A DNA stretch of 64,000 bases from Macrostomum lignano (lineage: Eukaryota), in assembly GCA_002269645.1 (NCBI GenBank), contig NIVC01002225.1, positions 48,279-112,278 on the forward strand, given 5' to 3'. This document shows, piece by piece, positions 26,846 through 36,540 of the stretch (position 1 is its first letter; every line of letters starts with the position of its first letter). The notes under the pieces were generated by a model. That model was given only the letters and a program-made list of their open reading frames with translations, had not been told where the DNA came from and made no database searches. A program made the translations under genes and the position numbers.

Positions 26846-28564
26846 CTACTCGCTTTCCTCTTCATTTTCTGCGCAGGCGCCACTTTTCGCAGACGAACTC
26901 TCCCGATCCCGTACGGTCCTGGCTGTACGGCGGAAGACCTCGCCGAGTTCGGCGTCTGTGAATAGTTTTTTGTCCTCCTCTGAGACCAGTTTACTGGCCA
27001 GGTAGGACCGTATGGCCGCCTTCTTGGAGCTATCCAGCTCAACCCGGTTGGCCGCTTTCTCTCCTTTCACCTGTCGACCAGCCCAAGATGCGGTTCGCAG
27101 GTCTTGCTCAGGGCACACAGCAAGTATGACTAGCCGAATGGCTCGTCTGCGAATCTTGTTATTGTTTGCGGCTTTTCGCATTTCAACTGCTGCGGCTTCC
27201 AATTTTGTCAGGGCCAACGGACAAACCGTGACACCGGGAAATGCAGCTATCAGCGGCACACGTTTCGACGACTGGTTGCCCATCATGGAGGTCGATATAT
27301 TTGCGATTGCCGTCGCAATGGCGTGGCTCACAAATCCACTGGTAAGCTGCGATGACGTCGAGCCACTTGGCTCGGCATCGATGCCGATATCGGCAGCAGC
27401 TGATGACGACTCTCCGGGTGCAGTACTCGAACCAGCGACCAACGTTTCGTAGTCACTAATAGAGCGCACCAGACTTTCGAGGTGGCTGCATGATTCTGTA
27501 GTTCTACGTGCCACCTCGTTGGCCGACCGCGCCTGCGCCGTGACGAACCGTAGCGTCTCAAGTATCTGAGAATTCGCATGCATGGAACTTGCAAGACGGG
27601 TGTCATACTTTTGCAGCACGTCATCTTTCTGTGCCAGTTCCTGTTTCAGCTGCTCATTCTCAGACCGAATGGCCTCATTCTCAATCTTCAGGTTGGCTGC
27701 ATCAGTTTCAGCAGCCCCCCGCTTGTCCGTCTCTTCTCGATTTGCCTCACGTAGGTCACGACATTCGATGTCGAGGTTCCGGCAGCGCGGGCATCCGGCA
27801 TCAGGGTGATTTATAACGGGTTGCACGCGCCTATAGGCGCCTGCAGAGCCCGACCCCATTAAAGTTGCCGATTTGGCCAGGTTGTCCCGGGCAGCGTAGG
27901 CGGACTTCCTATCCGGAAAAGGCCCGGCTGTCAGGAAAGCGTCGAAAGTTTTTGCACTCGGGCTATGGCCAGTCCGTACTTGTACTTTAACGCCGACTGT
28001 TCGTGTTACGGGGTCCGGGTCGACGATGCACTTTTGGTCGATGGCCATAACTTTGCCGGTGTTAGTGTACGTGAGCACCCACCAAATAGCTTTGTGGATG
28101 ACCATGACACGGGGCGCCTTAGCCTTTGGTGGTCCACCGGCCCTATTGCGATGCCGCATCTCCTTTCTCGACTCTAGATCTGGCTCGCTCGATGAGTCAG
28201 ATAGAGATTCGCGATGCCGATGCCTATCGGCATTGGCTTCGGCTTTCCGTTTTGTAGTAGAGCCGGTCGGCTCCGCGGACACGGCCGTGCTCATATCGGA
28301 GCCGATTAGCGCCGTTGAAGTGGCGTCGTGGGCTTTAGGGAGCGTCGTGGGCTCATCTCTGCCGTCGCCATTCAGCTCAGCAGGATTTTCCTGGACGTCA
28401 GCAGCTGCAGTTGTTAGGCCAGTATTGGCATCTTTATCTTTCCGCTTCTCTTTTTCGGCCCGATTCTCGTGATCCCTCTTCTTATTCATTCTATCTGTCT
28501 TCTTTCCGTCTCCCATTATTCTGCAATGAGAGCGGGAAAGGTTTCTTTCTAAATGCGGTTTCAT
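26846..28564 (-). CDS. Transposon ORF4: charged N-terminus, coiled coil and C-terminal BEN-like domain
   Basis: Long open frame (ATG at 28564 or 28516). Heptad segment NLKIENEAIRSENEQLKQELAQKD. The C-terminal LVILAVCPEQDLRTASWAGRQ...RVELDSSKKAAIRSYL...LGEVFRRTAR resembles the BEN pattern (L..S..G....LD..K..AI) by eye. Confidence 0.7.
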   Translation of the reverse strand: MKPHLERNLSRSHCRIMGDGKKTDRMNKKRDHENRAEKEKRKDKDANTGLTTAAADVQENPAELNGDGRDEPTTLPKAHDATSTALIGSDMSTAVSAEPTGSTTKRKAEANADRHRHRESLSDSSSEPDLESRKEMRHRNRAGGPPKAKAPRVMVIHKAIWWVLTYTNTGKVMAIDQKCIVDPDPVTRTVGVKVQVRTGHSPSAKTFDAFLTAGPFPDRKSAYAARDNLAKSATLMGSGSAGAYRRVQPVINHPDAGCPRCRNLDIECRDLREANREETDKRGAAETDAANLKIENEAIRSENEQLKQELAQKDDVLQKYDTRLASSMHANSQILETLRFVTAQARSANEVARRTTESCSHLESLVRSISDYETLVAGSSTAPGESSSAAADIGIDAEPSGSTSSQLTSGFVSHAIATAIANISTSMMGNQSSKRVPLIAAFPGVTVCPLALTKLEAAAVEMRKAANNNKIRRRAIRLVILAVCPEQDLRTASWAGRQVKGEKAANRVELDSSKKAAIRSYLASKLVSEEDKKLFTDAELGEVFRRTARTVRDRESSSAKSGACAENEEESE

Positions 28565-28906
28565 ATGACATGCGTCATATGACGCAAGCATGCGTCAGTG
28601 TCATGCTAATGAAAGTAAGGAAGGATATTGAATTCCATAACGAAAAATGCAACGCCTGTGCATCTTCTATGTGCAATCGACGCTGACAAGTCGACGCAAG
28701 TATACTTTAGCTATGAGACGTTGATGGCATGGAAGCTGGCAAGCTACTGCTGGGAGAAGCGCTACTATAGTAGTACTCGCTACACTACTCATGACATTGA
28801 GCCGGCTGGCTCGACTAGAAGTATTTATATAAATAGATCTAGATCTAATAGAGTAGTTACAGTACAATATTGTCAATTATTAACAGTGACGTACAGCCTA
28901 TGCTGC

Positions 28907-29938
28907 CTACAGCTTCTTATCCCGTGTGTTAGACGGCCCGGCGCTAGCACCCGTCAGTGGACGCATGCGCCTCTTGCCTAACCTCATGGCCTCAAAGGGC
29001 GCTTCTGGCTGAGTGTCAGGCATTTCGATTTTAAAAAAGTTGGGGTCGCGCTTCTGCTGAGGCTGATTACTGCGGTGCCGCCCGTGCTCTTGCAGCCGTC
29101 TCTGCTTTGTACGAGGTGACAAATTCGAAAACCAGGCCTCACAGTCAGGGCAGCAGTGCGGGTCCAGTTCCTGCCGATCCGCCCGTTTTCGAACAACGCG
29201 TACGCAAGCGTAATTCTTTTGATTCGGCGGGTCAGGCATGCGGTTATACTCCGCGCGCAGTTTGTTCAAGTTCTCAGCCGGCTCGTAGTCTCGCGCCGCG
29301 GGCTGATCGTCACTGGCGACGTTCGCAGTCGAGCCAGCCGGCTCAATGTCGTTAAACAGAGACGGCGAACCGAGCTGGGTCTCGGCGTTGTAGCGAAGCT
29401 GATCGTCGTTGGCGTCGTTCGCAGTCGAGCCAGCCGGCTCAATGTCGTCAAACAGAGACGGCGAACCGAGCTGGGTCTCGGCGTTGTAGCGAAGCTGATC
29501 GTCGTTGGCGTCGTTCGCAGTCGAGCCAGCCGGCTCAATGTCGTCAAACAGAGACGGCGAACCGAGCTGGGTCTCGGCGTTGTAGCGAAGCTGATCGTCG
29601 TTGGCGTCGTTCGCAGTCGAGCCAGCCGGCTCAATGTCGTCAAACAGAGACGGCGAACCGAGCTGGGTCTCGGCGTTGTAGCGAAGCTGATCGTCGTTGG
29701 CGTCGTTCGCAGTCGAGCCAGCCGGCTCAATGTCGTCAAACAGAGACGGCGAACCGAGCTGGGTCTCGGCGTTGTAGCGAAGCTGATCGTCATAGGCGTC
29801 GTTCGCAGTCGAACCAGCCGGTAACCGGTAACCGATCAGGTCGACAAGAGTCGGCGACATAGTTCGCGCCACGTCTCGAAGGAGGTCATCCATGATGGCG
29901 GAGAAGTTAACTCCTCTAGGGCTCAGGTCGTTCGACAT
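28907..29938 (-). CDS. Transposon ORF3: 32-aa tandem repeats followed by a CtIP/Sae2-like C-terminal domain
   Basis: NYACVRVVRKRADRQELDPHCCPDCEAWFSNLSPRTKQRRLQEHGRHRSNQPQQKRDPNFFKIEMPDTQ aligns without gaps to human CtIP as recalled ([69 protein letters not shown]). Five-plus 96-bp repeats lie at 29328-29820. Confidence 0.82.
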   Translation of the reverse strand: MSNDLSPRGVNFSAIMDDLLRDVARTMSPTLVDLIGYRLPAGSTANDAYDDQLRYNAETQLGSPSLFDDIEPAGSTANDANDDQLRYNAETQLGSPSLFDDIEPAGSTANDANDDQLRYNAETQLGSPSLFDDIEPAGSTANDANDDQLRYNAETQLGSPSLFDDIEPAGSTANDANDDQLRYNAETQLGSPSLFNDIEPAGSTANVASDDQPAARDYEPAENLNKLRAEYNRMPDPPNQKNYACVRVVRKRADRQELDPHCCPDCEAWFSNLSPRTKQRRLQEHGRHRSNQPQQKRDPNFFKIEMPDTQPEAPFEAMRLGKRRMRPLTGASAGPSNTRDKKL

Positions 29939-29990
29939 GTCTGAAAAGCAAGTATATGTCGTCTGTTATGCACACGCAAGTTTGTCCGAC

Positions 29991-30089
29991 ACACATCTGA
30001 GCTTGGAGAATCAATACCTATCTATCTATCTATCTACCTATCTATCTACCTATCTATCTATCTATCTATCATCTATCTATCTATCTATC

Positions 30090-30152
<63 letters not shown>

Positions 30153-30240
30153 ATCTATCTATCTATCTACCTATCTATCTATCTATCTATCTATCATCTA
30201 TCTATCTATCATACACATCTGAGCTTGGAGAATCAATACC
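29991..30240 (+). repeat. (CTAT)n microsatellite flanked by a 28-bp direct repeat
   Basis: ACACATCTGAGCTTGGAGAATCAATACC at 29991-30018 and 30213-30240. Confidence 0.9.
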
Positions 30241-30731
30241 ATGCTGCTGGGCTGTGCAGTGGGAAATTGTTAACTATTTATTACTATTACGTTACTAGTA
30301 AGTAGAGACGCTTGACAAACTTGATTAGTGAACGAACGATGATTGACCTGATTGGCCTGTATACGCCACAAATCGTATATATATATATGTATATATGAGC
30401 AAAATAAGCAATATAAACTAAATAAGCAGTGCGAAAGCAATATAATCAATACAAAGGCAATGTAAGCAATATAAGCAGTATTAGCAATATGAGCAATATA
30501 AGCAATATGAGCCGACTGGCTCGATTTCAAAGGGCCAATTTGTCCAATTTCTCCAAATTGCCGTGCTCTTTCTAAAACGTGGCGGTCTTTGTACGGTTTA
30601 AGCGGAATCTAATCAGATTCAATAAACTCTATATTCTGTTATACTCTCTTAATTGTGGTGGGCAGAAACGACTAGTGATTGAAGCTGCGGCTAACTACAC
30701 GTTCCGGAATTACTAACGTGGCCTACATTAA

Positions 30732-31892
30732 TTACTTAAACCGCACATAGGCCGCCCACGTCCCTACAATGGCGACGGCCAGAGTCATGTATAGGACATT
30801 CGATTTATGTCCTAAGTACACCAGCCGGTACTCCTGGGCAGCTCGACCGCGTCGCCTTGACTTTTTCAGCACCTTGACCCGATTTTGCACCGGTGGCGTG
30901 ACACCGGCGGATCCGGCGTGCTCATTAACGGTGCTCACGGCTCGGTCGAAGATGGCCTGGGCGTCGAGCGACAACTCGGTCTTCGCGCCAGCCGGCGCGT
31001 CTACGATTCCGCTGTCTCTGAGGTGCGAATACAACGTGCGGACTGCATTAGTCCAGCACGTTGTTTCACATCCCCGGGACCACAGAAAGATAAAGACACA
31101 AACTAGTGTCAAGATGGCATTGCCCATGCTGTCCGAAAATAGTATGCTGTGTTCAGACTCATACTCCCGTAGTTTGTAAGAAGCAGCAGTCATGAACGTC
31201 TGCATATCTGTATGCCAGCAGTATGGCCAGTTTTTTCCATTCGCGTACAGCTCTCTGCACCGACCGCAAATGCCAGAGTAATTTCCCGTCGCGCCGAGGG
31301 TGCCTTCGGCCTGCTGAGCGGAATCGCTCAGAGGCTCGTTGTACAACGACATGTCGCGAAGCTGTTTGACTACTCCTGTGGCAGCAGACGCAGCTGGGAC
31401 ACAGGTCGAGCCGGTTGGCTCGACACGACCCGTCGCGCCGAGGGTGCCTTCGGCCTGCTGAGCGGAATCGCTCAGAGGCTCGTTGTACAACGACATGTCG
31501 CGAAGCTGTTTGACTACTCCTGTGGCAGCAGACGCAGCTGGGACACAGGTCGAGCCGGTTGGCTCGACACGACCCGTCGCGCCGAGGGTGCCTTCGGCCT
31601 GCTGAGCGGAATCGCTCAGAGGCTCGTTGTACAACGACATGTCGCGAAGCTGTTTGACTACTCCTGTGGCAGCAGACGCAGGAACACAGCTCGAGCCGAC
31701 TGGCTCAACTGTAGCTCCGGCGTCGTCACTACAGTCGTCGTCCCAGTTGCTGCAGGCGCGCGATTTAACTAGCCGTTGCTGCTCGGCATGGGCTGCGTGG
31801 ATGTCATCCTCACAGTCGTCGCAGTGAGAGGAGCGACAAAAAAACAATAGTCGGCGAACGCGAAGTATTCCCGCGAATTGCATTTGGGGCAT
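30732..31892 (-). CDS. Transposon ORF2: 386-aa protein of unknown function with ~3 x 48-aa repeats
   Basis: ATG-started open frame; 144-bp repeat period (31405, 31549); CDDC and CGRC motifs; basic patch KKSRRRGR; hydrophobic C-terminus. Confidence 0.7.
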   Translation of the reverse strand: MPQMQFAGILRVRRLLFFCRSSHCDDCEDDIHAAHAEQQRLVKSRACSNWDDDCSDDAGATVEPVGSSCVPASAATGVVKQLRDMSLYNEPLSDSAQQAEGTLGATGRVEPTGSTCVPAASAATGVVKQLRDMSLYNEPLSDSAQQAEGTLGATGRVEPTGSTCVPAASAATGVVKQLRDMSLYNEPLSDSAQQAEGTLGATGNYSGICGRCRELYANGKNWPYCWHTDMQTFMTAASYKLREYESEHSILFSDSMGNAILTLVCVFIFLWSRGCETTCWTNAVRTLYSHLRDSGIVDAPAGAKTELSLDAQAIFDRAVSTVNEHAGSAGVTPPVQNRVKVLKKSRRRGRAAQEYRLVYLGHKSNVLYMTLAVAIVGTWAAYVRFK

Positions 31893-32523
31893 GGTTGCTG
31901 GTCCGGCATTGTGATGTCTTAATCTTAATTTGTTTATTTGTCCTTAATTTGTACAAATTAATTTCTTTTGCTGGTACTTCTTTGTCAGTGGGTCGACTGA
32001 AATTAATGCGAAGTAGGTGCACGATTATTGGAACAAAAGGACAGCTGCGTACCGGTTGTAACCTACTATATTGTCAGGTAGAAATAAAGGCGTAAAGGAA
32101 GGCAACATATGGATATAGACGTCATGTGACCGACGTTTGTTACTAAATATAAATATAATTTCCTATGATACCACATAGCAATGTGCAGTAGTAAGCAGTA
32201 TAAGCAATATATATATTATATATAAAAGCAATAAAAGCAAAACACAGTTGAAGAAGGCATGCTGGAAAAGAGCAATTATGGCATATCCCGTCCCGTTTGA
32301 GCGAGGGTGTCCTCTAGCCCTCACCCCTTGTTGTAAACTGTAGTCATAAGTTTTGAATGAACAGGTGACATTTCTACTCAATTTAAAAAGCTTTAGAACT
32401 TTCGAATGTTTACTTACTATAGTGATGTGAGTTCTAAGAAATTATATTGCTTTACCAGAAAGCCTGTGCAACGATTTTTCCTTCTTATTGGGACACCCTA
32501 CGTACAATGAGTACATACAATTC

Positions 32524-35304
32524 TCACGCTGCGTAAGAAAACTGAATATGGGGGAGGAATGCTACGTAGCGGTCGTTCACACAACACGTAGCGAGTACGT
32601 CGTTAGCAGGGATTTCGAAGTAGTATTTGTCAACTGCGCAAAATGGATTGGCACGCAGGCGCCGAACGTGTGCGACTGAGCATCCGCCGTGGTCCGGTTC
32701 GCCAGTCAAGCGGTACAACGGATGATTGTCCTCGTGCGGCTCCACAGTCAGAAGGCGGCGTAGGCGAACCCATGCGCAATTGTCCCGGAGTTGAATTTCC
32801 TCAATTCGTGCGAATTCAAACGGCTGACGACAGTTAGGGATGAGGACAGTAACAAAGCACGAGGCGGCGCGCTGGTGGATCAGGCGAGGCAAGAATATTT
32901 CAATGCGTAGCCCGCTGGTCAGTACTGCTTTGCCATACCGTGTGTCACCGCCCGCCAATTGGCGGCGAATAGGATTGCGCAGTCGCACACCATCCGGCAG
33001 TCGAACCTCACCATTTGGTGGTCCCTCGCTGAAGATGTTGGGGAGTTGCAATTCGGCCATCATTTGCCTTCGCGCCAATTGGCGCTGTAGGAGGCCGGCA
33101 ACTTCGGTGTCAACATTCCTGGAGCCGTGAATTTTGGTGCGAAGATTCGCATGCGACGACTCAAACAAGCCCGCAGACATCCTCCACATTGGCCCGTATA
33201 AAGTTACGTACGATACAAAGTGCTCACAAACTTGGTGTGCATTGTACGTAAGGGCCATGTTGGAGTACATCTGAGGCAGCTGACTGTAAAAGTAGTGCAG
33301 AAGCCGGCTGGCTTTCATCACTTCCATTAGAGGCGCTCCATCCAATGTAAGCCAGAACATGGCCGTGGACAGTAGCTGAAGGTGCCAGTAGTAGCGGTCG
33401 GGCAGGATGCCTTCCATCACCATAGGGCCGTAGACGATTAACCATGCCTCAAGTTCGTGGCCCCGAAACATGCCGAGTTCATGGAAACTTCGGGGAGCAC
33501 GTTGATGAGACAGGGGTACGTGAATCCGCGAAGAGGCAAGGTCCACATCTGCACGTCGCGAAACTAGATTGGGGTTATGCGCGTGGTACATGTCTGGTTT
33601 CTTAGGATGAAACAGCTGTTTCAAAATCCAGTGAACGAGTCCAAGATAGCACTGATGAAGCAGACACGGTGGACACCCATGCATGTAGTCGAAACCGTTT
33701 AACTGGTCCAACACTGACACGCACATAACGCCCAGATAGTTGTCCTTGCCGACCGGGATGTTGTGCGCCAGTAGGCGCGTGTCTCGCAAGCTACGAGCGT
33801 GCGGTGTAATACAACCGACTGCGGTTGCCAGCGCAACCGCCTCTTCTTTGCCACTGACTGGGTACCGATTGGCACCCAATGATCTCTGCGTCTTCACATA
33901 GCAGTTGTCGCAGCCGAACTCTGCATTGTGACGCTTTAGACCGACAACCTCAGCTCTCTGTGGGGCATCCAAGACGAATAGGTACGGGTGCAGTCGAAGA
34001 AGACCAGGCGCGTCGCCTTCAGTGCCACCACCTGTGCTGTAGGTGATCCCGATAGACCGGAGCTCATTCAGCTCTCTAACAAGGCCGGGAAGGAAGGTGG
34101 ATGTCTTGACTTTCGACTTTGCAGCCCAGAAACCACATACGACGATGAAACGCGATTTCATTGCTTCGTGTACTTCGTTGATACTCAAGTACACTGGGCA
34201 CATTTCCATCAGCGCGTCTGCAAATACTGGAAAGCCGTCGATGTTCACAGTATACGACAGATCTTGCTTCAAGTGTAGCCGAACTGAACGCTTGAAATGC
34301 CGATACTCGTCGCAACTGGATACTGAGACAAAATTACGATCTTCAGATGACAAATCGACAGGGAAAGTTACGCTCTGTAGAAGCCGGCACTGTTCAATTA
34401 ACTGTCTGATTTGCAATTTAAAGTCGGTGGTATAAAACTTGGATACGCCGGCCGGCGACAGTTCCTTGTTACAATAAGTGCAATTTTCACGGTTCTGAGC
34501 CTGTGCTGACGTGACCTCAGCACTACAGGAGGAACAGAACAGTCGGGGTGGCGATGTAAAGTCGTTCGCGAATGCCTGGACTGTTTTCCGTAGTAAATAT
34601 ACACTACCAGGCAGGTTGCTACCGACTGGCACAGCTGCATGGAAGAGGCGAAGCAGGTCAGCTATGCCTTTCCTTGGCAGAGACTGGCGCTCGCTGAACA
34701 AATGCACATAGGCCGCAAACGAATCGTAGGTCAACGGAGAGTCTAGGAAAAGTGCGGCTCCATTTCTCCTACGCGGCTGCATATCCATAGCTTCTGGGTT
34801 ATGGGTGGCTCCATTGCCAACACACGGTACATCCTCATCCTCTGGTGGGCGGTCATCTTCAGTGAAGTCCTCACAATCGTCGCACTGCTCGATGGCGTCC
34901 AACGCCATTGGAGCGCCACTCCAATAGTCGTCATCTGGAGCTTCTTCGCCTGGTTCCTCAACGATAGATCTAGAAGATACGTCCTCATCGTCGTTGTCTG
35001 AATACTGCGAGCCGGTAGGCTCGACGACCATGGGAGTCTGGACGCCACTGCTACATCCACCTGTTGCCAATGCTGGCTGCCAGCTGCTGCCAACACTGGC
35101 TACACTGTTGCTTGTTTGCGCGTCATAAGTGGTTGGTACGTCATGAGTGGTCCGAGTTGCAGTTAGTAAATGGCTCACTGAAGCTTCTGCTCGTGTCGGA
35201 CGGGCTGTCGCCGCAACTGTCTGTCTGAGTGATTCTTTGAGTCGACTGAAGCGCCGTGCGATGGCAACTGACTTCTTGTCGAGCTCTTTTAGTCGTTCAA
35301 GTGA
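32524..35304 (-). CDS. CACTA/EnSpm (CMC)-type DDE transposase
   Basis: 884-aa ORF extendable to a splice acceptor at 35305 (possible ATG-ATG micro-exon 35382-35377). Motifs: CSSC..CTYC; NIDGFP (D1); LVRELNEL; VLDAPQRA (D2); HNAEFGCDNC; LLHQCYLG; FRGHELEAW; HLQLL; YNAHQVCEH; YGPMWRMSAGLFES (E). This layout is typical of animal EnSpm-like transposases. Confidence 0.88.
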   Translation of the reverse strand, partial: SLERLKELDKKSVAIARRFSRLKESLRQTVAATARPTRAEASVSHLLTATRTTHDVPTTYDAQTSNSVASVGSSWQPALATGGCSSGVQTPMVVEPTGSQYSDNDDEDVSSRSIVEEPGEEAPDDDYWSGAPMALDAIEQCDDCEDFTEDDRPPEDEDVPCVGNGATHNPEAMDMQPRRRNGAALFLDSPLTYDSFAAYVHLFSERQSLPRKGIADLLRLFHAAVPVGSNLPGSVYLLRKTVQAFANDFTSPPRLFCSSCSAEVTSAQAQNRENCTYCNKELSPAGVSKFYTTDFKLQIRQLIEQCRLLQSVTFPVDLSSEDRNFVSVSSCDEYRHFKRSVRLHLKQDLSYTVNIDGFPVFADALMEMCPVYLSINEVHEAMKSRFIVVCGFWAAKSKVKTSTFLPGLVRELNELRSIGITYSTGGGTEGDAPGLLRLHPYLFVLDAPQRAEVVGLKRHNAEFGCDNCYVKTQRSLGANRYPVSGKEEAVALATAVGCITPHARSLRDTRLLAHNIPVGKDNYLGVMCVSVLDQLNGFDYMHGCPPCLLHQCYLGLVHWILKQLFHPKKPDMYHAHNPNLVSRRADVDLASSRIHVPLSHQRAPRSFHELGMFRGHELEAWLIVYGPMVMEGILPDRYYWHLQLLSTAMFWLTLDGAPLMEVMKASRLLHYFYSQLPQMYSNMALTYNAHQVCEHFVSYVTLYGPMWRMSAGLFESSHANLRTKIHGSRNVDTEVAGLLQRQLARRQMMAELQLPNIFSEGPPNGEVRLPDGVRLRNPIRRQLAGGDTRYGKAVLTSGLRIEIFLPRLIHQRAASCFVTVLIPNCRQPFEFARIEEIQLRDNCAWVRLRRLLTVEPHEDNHPLYRLTGEPDHGGCSVAHVRRLRANPFCAVDKYYFEIPANDVLATCCVNDRYVAFLPHIQFSYAA

Positions 35305-35711
35305 CTGAAAATGAAGAAATTGAATACCTGTGTGACTAGGAGAGAATCCGTACTAAAATTGTTAATTAACAAATACCATCATTCTACTATCAGTTTAAAT
35401 CAGTTTGCTATCTTAGCCCAAGAGCCAACAAAGGGCGAAGCAATGGTTTCACACTAAACTGGGTGATATCTGAAGTACATACGTCACAACGTAGCGCGAT
35501 ATACAAATTGCTGTGGGCGTATAAGGCGATAAAAATAAATAAAATTGACACACTCATTGTACATGTCATCATGAAATTTGTGTATGCACAGTTTATTGGA
35601 CAGCATTAGTGCTCTACAAATCAAATAATTGCCCGAGCGCCAAGACACCGCAAAAGTTTACACGTACAAGTTTATACACCATTTGATAAGATTATCACGT
35701 TCACAACAAGT

Positions 35712-36540
35712 CAGCGGGCCGGTTTAGAACGGACCATTGAGCGGGCCAACCAGCGGGCCAACCAGCGGGCCGGTTTAGAACGGGCCAACCAGCGGGCCAA
35801 CCAGCGGGCCAACCAGCGGGCCAACTAGTGGGCCGAGCAGCGGGCCGGTTTAGATCGGGCCAGTGAGCGGGCCAACCAGCGGGCCGTGCAGCGGGCCGGT
35901 TTAGAACGGACCATTGAGCGGGCCAACCAGCGGGCCAACCAGCGGGCCGGTTTAGAACGGGCCAGTGAGCGGGCCAACTAGTGGGCCGAGCAGCTGGCCG
36001 GTTTAGAACGGACCATTGAGCGGGCCAACCAGCGGGCCAACCAGCGGGCCGGTTTAGAACGGGCCAACCAGCGGGCCAGTGAGCGGGCCAACTAGTGGGC
36101 CGAGCAGCTGGCCGGTTTAGAACGGGCCATTGAGCGGGCCAACCAGCGGGCCAACCAGCGGGCCGGTTTAGAACGGGCCAACCAGCGGGCCAGTGAGCGG
36201 GCCAACTAGTGGGCCGAGCAGCTGGCCGGTTTAGAACGGGCCATTGAGCGGGCCAACCAACGGGCCAACCAGCGGGCCGGTTTAGAACGGGCCAACCAGC
36301 GGGCCAACCAGTGGGCCGCGCAGCGGGCCGGTTTAGAACGGGCCAGTGAGCGGGCCAACCAGCGGGCTAATCAGCGGGCCGATCTGCGGATCGGTTTCGA
36401 GCGGGCCATTAGCGGGCTAATCAGCGGGCTTCAGAGCAGGCCGAGTTTCAGCGGGCCAATTTGTTGTAAAAGGCCTGTAATACGGGCCGATTCGCTTCGG
36501 CCCGCTAATGGCCCGCTCAAAAGCCCACTGAGGCCCGCTA
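35712..36540 (-). repeat. Right subterminal array (AACCAGCGGGCC and GGTTTAGAACGGGCC units)
   Basis: Reverse complement of the left-array units. Confidence 0.92.

Noticed and set aside
27012-35001. Plus-strand ORFs antisense to the transposon genes
   Set aside because: Shadow frames of GC-rich coding sequence with no independent motifs.
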